In this document: piece after piece, positions 56,675 to 64,000 of the stretch
Position numbering within the stretch: position 1 is the stretch's first letter
How the letters are laid out: each line of letters opens with the position of its first letter
Source of the DNA: a virus
Length of the DNA: 64,000 nucleotides
Direction: 5' to 3' (one strand)
IMG/VR virus record: IMGVR_UViG_3300045988_092366
Program-made: the position numbers and the translations under genes
The notes under the pieces: generated by a model
The model's input: only the letters and a program-made list of their open reading frames with translations
Databases searched by the model: none
What the model was told of the DNA's origin: nothing

Positions 56675-59600
56675 TTATCTGAACTTATAAGCATATTGAA
56701 CTGCCCTATCGTTTAGTGACATAAGCGCAGATTCAATTTCTGCCGCACTGTTCGCAGCTGGGAATTCAGCAGTGATATGTACGTTTTGGTCAATTGTCTC
56801 GGATGCGTTATTTGCTTTCGCACCACTCACCGCTCCAAGAGCAGTAGAAAGTGACTGTGCAAGGCTTGTAGATTTAAGGCTATCTGCAAAAGACCTTACG
56901 GATTCAACTGCCGCAAGAATATTTTGCGTATCTGTAGCATTAAGAACAAGTTCTTTCTGATGTAAGAATGCAAGTTTACCATTTTTGGCATCTGCGGTCT
57001 TATCAGACCAAGAACCCGTGTAGCCGCCTGTATCATATCCGATTAGATTCTTTGAACTATATTTCATAGAACCGTAATCAACAAGTTTACCAGACCTAGA
57101 ATATTGGTTGATAATATCCTGAACGTGGCGGGCAAAAGCGGTACCATATGCGCCAGTCAGCTTGCTGGAACGTACAGGGTCATTGCCCCAGCCAGAAGCC
57201 CAGCCATAAGTCCAAATCGCCTTAGCAATGCCCCAAGCAGTATCTTCATTAGCACCAGCTCCACCGCCTCCACCGCCAGATGAAGGACCGTTAGCGTTAC
57301 CATAGTGTTCATAGTTATAGTTCTTTTGCTCAGCTTGCTTTAGAGCTTCGCTTAGATTAGCATTTTCTTGCTCTTTTTTAGACAGCTTGTTTGCAGTTTC
57401 ATCAGCGAGTTGCTTGAATGCCTGCATATTGTTGTTAGCATCTGTAATACGATTGGCGTAATCAGTCATCGTAGATTCAGTCTTTTTGACTTCACCAGAT
57501 ACATCTTTAAGAATGTTGACAAAATCTTTTGTGCTGTCCGCAAGTTCTTTTGTCTTATCCGTTGTGCCGCTAATGCTATTAGAAATATCATCAAAATTAG
57601 TCTTAGCTAGGTCAGCAATAGTCTTTGTACCGTCCGCATAATCTTTACCAGCTTGCGTCAAATCACCAAGCATCTTATCTGTGTCGGCTTTGAACTGGTC
57701 CATATTCTGTAACCAAGAGGTCAAAGAAGTAGACCAACGTGTATCAATCTGGTCGAAAGCGTCAGTACTGCCATTAACAATCTGGTCGTATACGTCTTGT
57801 AGATTATCTTTGTTCTCGCCAGTAAGCATATCGCACATGCCGATGAAGTCATTGATAATGTTCTTCTGGGATGTGCTTAGCTGTTCACTGGTTCCAGCGA
57901 GATATTCTTTGAGTGAGTCAATGATTGCTTGTGTTCTCTTGGTCTTCTCTTCAAGAGACAGATTAGCATTGTTCCAAATGTCATTGACTGTAGATTGAGC
58001 ATCCTGTAGCGCAGATAGTGAATCTGCTTGAGTTTGCTTCATCTGGTCTTTAGACATATTGTAAGCGTTGTTCTGTGCATCTAGAAGGTCAGACTGTGCG
58101 GAACGGACATTATCATCATTCGCTGTATAGACGTATGAATAATTACCCTGAGTATCCCTGCGAAGTTTCATTTGAGACTTGTTGCGCTGAGCTTCTTCAA
58201 GCGCAATTTGCTTCTGTAAGATTTCAAGCTGTGCATTTGCATAGTTTACATCGTATTCAGATAACTTAGTCTTATCACGCAGATATTCAAGTTGTTCTTT
58301 CATCTGCGCTGAAATCTTTTGCTGGATAGCTAAATCATTTGAACCATCCAAGAGGTCAAGATATTTGCTCTGTAGCTTTTGAATGTTATAGGATTTATTA
58401 ACATCATCGAGATAATAATCTGCGTTGCGGTTAATTAGCTCCCACTGCGTATTCATCCAGTCAAGGTCAGTACCGACAGCTTTGGTTCCCCATGCCTTTG
58501 TAATCTTTGAAACTGTATTTGAATACTGCTTCTGTAGATTCTCTAAAGAATTCTGAATAAGGTCGTTAATGTCAGAAGTAGCATCTTTAATCTTGTCAGA
58601 TACTTCGTTCCACTCTTCCGAACCTTCTTTCATGGAGCCAAGCATATCTTTCCAAATATCGCGCTGCTGCATTAGTTCATTCAACTGTGCTTTGTAATTA
58701 TTCTGCTGTGCGCCAAGGATGGTATTTAAATCATCGTAAGATTCTTCGCCATGTAGAAGTTCTGTAATATCTAACCAGTGTTCAAGTTCATCTGTGATGG
58801 CTTCATACTGGTCTTTACGCCTATCCATCTTATCGCTAATATCATCAATCATATCCATAACATTATCATGGAGATTTTCAATCAATGACCAGTAGTCCTG
58901 AACAAGTCCTGCGGCCTGTTCATATACTGTCTTAGCTACGTCATAGAGGTCTGCGGAATTCTCACCGAAAATATCAGATTTACCAGTCTCTTCAAACTGT
59001 TTCATCTGAGCGTTAATGTCAGTGAGATTCTTCATAGACATGTCGAAATAACCAGTGCCGTAGTAGTCTACACTCTTATCACCATTGAGCGCACGCTGCT
59101 TAGCGGCTTTGAGTTCGTCTACACGACCTGCTGACCATTTCTTATATGCGTCAGATGTGCCTGCGGCATTTGCAGCATCCTCTTGCTTCTTGATAAGATT
59201 ATCATAGTATTCATCAACGCTCATGGTAGCAACATCAAAGTATTTGCCGAGCTTAGCTACATTATCTGCTGCTTCTTGATAAGGCGTTAGCTTAATACCA
59301 CGATTGAATGCCCGATCAAAATCAACTAGACTTTCTTGAATATCTTTAAGATTATCAAGAGCTTCAATTTGAGTCTTTAATACTGAAATATGTAAATCTT
59401 CAATTGAATCTTTAAGGTCTTCAATTTGAGACTTTGTATCCTCTAAGTCACCGCTCCACAGCTCGTCATAGCGCTGATACTTCTTGTTAAAATTATCCAG
59501 CGCTTTCGTAGCAGCTTCATATTCTTTGTCAACGGCATCTTGTTGTTCTTGTGAAGTTAATCCAGAATATTTTGCACCGATACTATTAACTTTATTCACA

Positions 59601-62600
59601 AGACCAGTGTAAATATCAGCATAATTTGAAATAAAACCTTCGTTGTCAAATTGTACGCCGAAAGAAGAAGTCAATTCCTTGCGTAAATCTGCTGCTTCTT
59701 TTTCCTGAATTTTTTGTTTTTCTTGCTGTAAAGCAACTTGACGCTGTAAAAGTTTATTTTCTTCGGCTAAATTCTGTGCTAACTTATCACCAGTCAGCCT
59801 GTCTCGTTCAGAGGTTAAGCGGTCATACTGGTTGGAAATTTTTTCAAGCTGAGCATTGACCCTTTCATAAAGGTCTATCTCGCTTTCAATTTCTTTGTTC
59901 TCTTGCGGAGTGTATGACGAGCCACCACCACCACCGCCGCCACCTCCACCGCCAGAGCCACCACCAGCGTTGGAACCGTGTCCACCACCGCTTGGGCTGC
60001 GATAACTACTGCCGCCACCACTATTTGGTGTTCTCGTGACAGACTTAATCGTTGGAACCATAATTGATTGGCTAATGGCACTTACTGTAGTACCAACAAC
60101 CTGTCCAAGAGCTTCGCCCATGCTTTTGCTCTTTTTACCTTTTATGTTTTTCGAGACAGTTTGAGCGATTTGCGGCAAAGAAATAGTCGCTGGTTGATAA
60201 GCAATTTCAAAATCTACGCCAAGACCTTCAAGTGCCTTAAATAAAACTTGCAACTGCTGAGTAGTATATTGGCCTTCTGATAGCATAGTGCGCAATCCAT
60301 CAATAAATGGGCCTTCATTGATTGTTGCACCAGCTTCAATATCAGGAATATTATTATTGACATAATCAATAATAGAAGACATACTGTTATAGATGTCAGC
60401 GCTACTATTCGGATTAATTCCAGCATTAATTAAAATTTGATTTGCAGCTTCACGTCTTAATGCTTGTAAGGCTTCAACGTCTCCATTGGCTGCTTCTCTA
60501 ATTTTATCAAGATTATTGGCAACAAAAGCACTTTTTTGGTCTAATGTCCAGTTAGACATATCAATATTGAGCATTTTACCGGTTGCATCAGCAAGCTCTT
60601 CAATTTTTGAAGTATAGTCGGCTGAACTTTCAGCTAATCCTTGTAATGGATTTTCAGTATCGGCAAAGATTTTATTCAAATCTTCCATACCATTTTGCAT
60701 TACAACTAGCTTAGCAGTTAATTCATCATAATTTTGATTATTTTGCTTAATTGATTTATTATTTGCATCAATTCGAGCTTTGTTTTGTTTCCATTCATCG
60801 CTAGACGCATCAAGATTTTTATTTGCCTTTTGTAATTGTTCATTTTGTTCTTGAAGGTCTGCGTTATTCTTGCTAACGTTATCACCATATTTAGCAAATG
60901 CTTGATTTGTTCCTACAAGATTGGTTTTATATTCCTCAAGTTTTTCAGCACTTTCACCAACATTGGCAAGCTCAGAAGAAATCTTTTGGTCATCCCAGCC
61001 GTTTTCAAACAAGGTTTTATCATCAATCTTATAAGATTTAATGGCATCTGCAAATGCTTTTGCATATTGCTCGCCATTTTTAAACCCGGCGGCTTTTGCA
61101 GCTTCGTCTGAAATTCCAAGATAGTCAGCTGTAATGCTATCAGAATCATTTTGCAGTTGGAAGATTTCAGAAACATCCATTCCAGACAAGTCAAAGCCAC
61201 TTTGTTTATTGCCGCCAGCGACAGCATTTACTAAGTCTGTCCCATATTTTGAACCAGCAGCAGAATTTGAAATTTGAGCAACAATACTTGCAGTATCAAC
61301 CCAATTGCTTGATGCTTCTGTCATAGCTTTAGAAGCGGCTAAATAATTAGTTAATACTTCTTTAGAAACTTGTTGTTCTTGTCCAAGAGCATCAGTGAAT
61401 GTAAAAGTACCATTTTTTTCTTTATTAAAAGTCCAACCATTTTGCTGAGCATAAAGTTCACCAAGGTCAGAAGACTTCATACCGCTAAATTCACTATAAT
61501 ACTTATCTGTAAGGTTGGCAGCTTGTGAAGCAACCATAGCAACAACTGCGTCATTGTTTTTTTGGCTAGAATCATAACCAGCTGTGTTATTAAGAGCCTG
61601 CTGTGCCGCATTTTCAAGAAGCTGACGATTTTGAGTATTTAACTGCTCATTTTCTCTAAACGCACCGACAATTTTGTCGCCATTGTCAACAATAGCGTCT
61701 ACAATTGCATCGCTAGAGTCTTGACCAGCTATTTCCAATGCTTCTCTAATGTCACTTTCTTTATTGATACTATTGACACCGTTATAACGGAGCATATCAT
61801 AAACAGCGTCTAGCTCATTATCAGAAATCGAACGGGTACCATTAGTAACGTATGAACGTTTACGTCCAGCAGAGTCAGTTACGGTTTTTGTTCCTCTGCC
61901 TTGGAAAGTTACATTAGCTTGAACTTCTTTATTATTGGCTTCAACTTGAGCTTGGTTTGCATCTTGCTGCGTCTTAGCGACCGCAAGTGCGCCATAAGCC
62001 ACATTTTGAGCCATTTTATCTTGTAAGTTATCTAAACCTTCATCTGAAATAGTTAACTTACCACTAGTATCTTTATATACATATTTCTGTAACTCAGGAT
62101 ACGCTTGTAAAAGTTTAAGAACTTCATCATTGACTGCAATAAGCTCGTCTTTCCAATCACGAGTTCCCTTTTCAAGTTTATCAAGAGCTTCTTGAGATTC
62201 TTTATAATTAGCAATGCTATCTTTAAGATTCTGATAACTATTTTGAATCTCTTGGTATTCTGTAGCAACATCGGCAGCAGACTTAGCTAAATCATCTGCT
62301 TTCTTTTGCGCTCGGTCAGCTTCAATAGCAAGACGATTAATGCTATACCAAATGCTATAACCGACTGCGGCAACACCAGCTCCAAGAGCAATCCAAGGAG
62401 CAGCAGCAACAATCAAACTGCCAAAGGCAGATGCCAATGCACCTACTGCACCAGTAATTTCACCAAATCTGCTAACAATTTTGGCTGCAAACCCACCAGC
62501 AGCAATGCCTTCTGTGGCTTCTGCAACGGTTTCTGCGGCCCCAGCAGCATCACCAGCAGCATCGACAACATCCGTTACATCGTCAACAACCTCAGCAGCA

Positions 62601-64000
62601 TTGCCAGCTGTTTCAGCTGCATTACTAGCAGCTTTGGCAGCAGCATTTTCTGCTTCTGTAGCACTATTTTCTGCCGTTGCGGCAGTATCAACTTTATCAG
62701 CGGCAGCTTCTTCTAGTGATGCTTCTGCACTTTCTTGTTTAGCTTTAGTGCTTGCAGCTTTGGCTGCGGCATTTTCAAGTTCGTCTTTTGTATTTTCTTT
62801 TGTACTTGCAGAATCACCTTTCTTAGACATGCTAACAGCATCGGCTACCTCAGACACATCATTGGCAAGTTTTTCAAGGCTATCTACCTTAAAAATATCT
62901 TTAAATGTTGAAAAAGACTGAGCAAGCATTGGCGCAATTGTACCAAGAGACATAAGGGTTTGAAGAAGTTTTTCGCCAGATGTTAAATCATCATCGTTCC
63001 AAATGTCTCCAATAGACTGAATTTGTTGGTAAACGAAAGCAAGATTTCCAAGAGCACCTGCAAATTCTAGAGCCTTAGAAATAGCGTTTGCAAAATCAAG
63101 AGATTTGATAAACGCTGCGCCACGTTCTTTAGCAGAATCAAATAAAGAGTCAACCTGAATTAACTGAGAAGAAAGTTTAGTCAGGTCTTCATCAGTTTTA
63201 ACTAGGTTGCCGTCATAGTCATTTGCCGTCTTATTCACAGCTTCAATTGCTTGCTCTAACTGTTTAAAGGCTTCTTGTAGCTCTACAACTTCTACATCTT
63301 GAGAAGTTAATAAATCGAGTAGATTTTCAGCAGCATCAGTAACGTGGCTATTTTCCACTTTATTCATGTCATTAAATGACCTGCTAGTTTTCATAATGTA
63401 ATCTAAAGCATCGCTAGCTTGATTTCCTTCAGCAAGTTTATAAATAGCATTTAGCTGGTCTGCACTATCTCTGTATTTCTTTGAATCATTTGCAACAAAT
63501 TGCAACGGCTGTAAATCTCTAGCAAAAGATTCATCTATATTAGACATGTCTGATTTATATAAAGCAAAATCTTCTTGTTTTACAGCACTATGGTCATATT
63601 TAAACTGCGCATCGCTGCCATATCTCTCACTATATTTCTGCAAACCACCAGTATTAACACCTGTAATATTGCCATTTTCGTCTCTAATCAAAGAAACATC
63701 TTCTGCAAGCGTTCTATTTCTAAGTTTGTAAGCTGCATTCGTAGCATCAACAGATTTTTGCAATTTCACTTCAAGGTCAATTGCTTCTTTCTTTAAAGCT
63801 ACTTCGTCTTGAAGAATACTATTATATGTTTTTTGAGCGTCAGAGTTCATAATAGAAGCATTACTCTGACCACCTTTAATCAAGTTCACAATGTCACTAT
63901 AACGCTCATCTGTAACATCGTTAATACCAAGTTTTTTAAGCTCAGCATATGCTTGATTTTTATTATTCGCTTGAATCTTAGATAAATCTCTATTATACAA
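56675..64000 (-). CDS. tail tape-measure protein (more than 2441 aa in window; N-terminus beyond 64000)
   Basis: Long alpha-helical Ala/Glu/Lys/Gln-rich sequence. TM segment AAPWIALGAGVAAVGYSIWY. Poly-Gly block GGGGGGGGGGG. C-terminal GYTGSW...GKLAFLHQKE. Confidence 0.55.
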   Translation of the reverse strand: MYNRDLSKIQANNKNQAYAELKKLGINDVTDERYSDIVNLIKGGQSNASIMNSDAQKTYNSILQDEVALKKEAIDLEVKLQKSVDATNAAYKLRNRTLAEDVSLIRDENGNITGVNTGGLQKYSERYGSDAQFKYDHSAVKQEDFALYKSDMSNIDESFARDLQPLQFVANDSKKYRDSADQLNAIYKLAEGNQASDALDYIMKTSRSFNDMNKVENSHVTDAAENLLDLLTSQDVEVVELQEAFKQLEQAIEAVNKTANDYDGNLVKTDEDLTKLSSQLIQVDSLFDSAKERGAAFIKSLDFANAISKALEFAGALGNLAFVYQQIQSIGDIWNDDDLTSGEKLLQTLMSLGTIAPMLAQSFSTFKDIFKVDSLEKLANDVSEVADAVSMSKKGDSASTKENTKDELENAAAKAASTKAKQESAEASLEEAAADKVDTAATAENSATEAENAAAKAASNAAETAGNAAEVVDDVTDVVDAAGDAAGAAETVAEATEGIAAGGFAAKIVSRFGEITGAVGALASAFGSLIVAAAPWIALGAGVAAVGYSIWYSINRLAIEADRAQKKADDLAKSAADVATEYQEIQNSYQNLKDSIANYKESQEALDKLEKGTRDWKDELIAVNDEVLKLLQAYPELQKYVYKDTSGKLTISDEGLDNLQDKMAQNVAYGALAVAKTQQDANQAQVEANNKEVQANVTFQGRGTKTVTDSAGRKRSYVTNGTRSISDNELDAVYDMLRYNGVNSINKESDIREALEIAGQDSSDAIVDAIVDNGDKIVGAFRENEQLNTQNRQLLENAAQQALNNTAGYDSSQKNNDAVVAMVASQAANLTDKYYSEFSGMKSSDLGELYAQQNGWTFNKEKNGTFTFTDALGQEQQVSKEVLTNYLAASKAMTEASSNWVDTASIVAQISNSAAGSKYGTDLVNAVAGGNKQSGFDLSGMDVSEIFQLQNDSDSITADYLGISDEAAKAAGFKNGEQYAKAFADAIKSYKIDDKTLFENGWDDQKISSELANVGESAEKLEEYKTNLVGTNQAFAKYGDNVSKNNADLQEQNEQLQKANKNLDASSDEWKQNKARIDANNKSIKQNNQNYDELTAKLVVMQNGMEDLNKIFADTENPLQGLAESSADYTSKIEELADATGKMLNIDMSNWTLDQKSAFVANNLDKIREAANGDVEALQALRREAANQILINAGINPNSSADIYNSMSSIIDYVNNNIPDIEAGATINEGPFIDGLRTMLSEGQYTTQQLQVLFKALEGLGVDFEIAYQPATISLPQIAQTVSKNIKGKKSKSMGEALGQVVGTTVSAISQSIMVPTIKSVTRTPNSGGGSSYRSPSGGGHGSNAGGGSGGGGGGGGGGGSSYTPQENKEIESEIDLYERVNAQLEKISNQYDRLTSERDRLTGDKLAQNLAEENKLLQRQVALQQEKQKIQEKEAADLRKELTSSFGVQFDNEGFISNYADIYTGLVNKVNSIGAKYSGLTSQEQQDAVDKEYEAATKALDNFNKKYQRYDELWSGDLEDTKSQIEDLKDSIEDLHISVLKTQIEALDNLKDIQESLVDFDRAFNRGIKLTPYQEAADNVAKLGKYFDVATMSVDEYYDNLIKKQEDAANAAGTSDAYKKWSAGRVDELKAAKQRALNGDKSVDYYGTGYFDMSMKNLTDINAQMKQFEETGKSDIFGENSADLYDVAKTVYEQAAGLVQDYWSLIENLHDNVMDMIDDISDKMDRRKDQYEAITDELEHWLDITELLHGEESYDDLNTILGAQQNNYKAQLNELMQQRDIWKDMLGSMKEGSEEWNEVSDKIKDATSDINDLIQNSLENLQKQYSNTVSKITKAWGTKAVGTDLDWMNTQWELINRNADYYLDDVNKSYNIQKLQSKYLDLLDGSNDLAIQQKISAQMKEQLEYLRDKTKLSEYDVNYANAQLEILQKQIALEEAQRNKSQMKLRRDTQGNYSYVYTANDDNVRSAQSDLLDAQNNAYNMSKDQMKQTQADSLSALQDAQSTVNDIWNNANLSLEEKTKRTQAIIDSLKEYLAGTSEQLSTSQKNIINDFIGMCDMLTGENKDNLQDVYDQIVNGSTDAFDQIDTRWSTSLTSWLQNMDQFKADTDKMLGDLTQAGKDYADGTKTIADLAKTNFDDISNSISGTTDKTKELADSTKDFVNILKDVSGEVKKTESTMTDYANRITDANNNMQAFKQLADETANKLSKKEQENANLSEALKQAEQKNYNYEHYGNANGPSSGGGGGGAGANEDTAWGIAKAIWTYGWASGWGNDPVRSSKLTGAYGTAFARHVQDIINQYSRSGKLVDYGSMKYSSKNLIGYDTGGYTGSWSDKTADAKNGKLAFLHQKELVLNATDTQNILAAVESVRSFADSLKSTSLAQSLSTALGAVSGAKANNASETIDQNVHITAEFPAANSAAEIESALMSLNDRAVQYAYKFR

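Noticed and set aside
59880-60000. Poly-glycine region of the tape-measure protein as another homopolymer switch
   Set aside because: The glycines are encoded by mixed GGN codons (ccaccaccaccgccgccacctccaccgcc on +), not a mononucleotide run. It is low-complexity protein sequence, not a slippery tract.
1-64000. CRISPR arrays, tRNA/rRNA genes, integrase or attachment sites
   Set aside because: No direct-repeat/spacer periodicity, no cloverleaf-like conserved tRNA ends, and no tyrosine or serine recombinase-like ORF were seen. The window looks like a lytic-type genome segment.

Overview
This window reads as part of a large tailed phage of a low-GC Gram-positive, probably anaerobic or facultative host; about 35% GC, with no rRNA, tRNA or CRISPR seen. 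Positions 1-19533 (+ strand) carry a replication and nucleotide-metabolism module. The genes are a DnaB-like helicase C-terminus, DnaG-like primase, DHH/RecJ-like phosphoesterase, DnaE-type DNA polymerase III alpha, guanylate kinase, a radical-SAM protein, anaerobic RNR NrdD/NrdG, dUTPase, FolD and a RuvC-like resolvase. Three of these genes (DHH, dnaE, nrdD) are each interrupted by a group-I-intron-like insertion carrying a homing endonuclease (two GIY-YIG, one HNH). Perfect TTGAC(A/T)-17-TATAAT promoters sit directly behind rho-independent terminators. Positions 19590-64000 (- strand) converge on the same bidirectional terminator. This half carries endolysin, holin, two tandem XkdX-like small genes, many tail, baseplate and fibre genes, and a giant tape-measure protein running off the window. 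The most unusual structure is in the receptor-binding-protein arrays. Seven homopolymeric G8-G10 tracts on the coding strand (C tracts on +) lie only in two tail-fibre/collar-domain clusters, which is improbable by chance at 35% GC. Six sit inside short upstream mini-ORFs, usually followed by a hairpin. In all six the mini-ORF stop overlaps, or can overlap after a ±1-2 G change, codons 2-3 of the downstream fibre gene in the geometry ATGNCTRA. Several of those fibre genes lack their own SD or ATG. This looks like a slippage-controlled (phase-variable) translational-coupling switch for individual receptor-binding proteins. It should be checked by tract-length heteroplasmy in reads and by reporter assays. 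All tract lengths were counted by eye and may be off by one.
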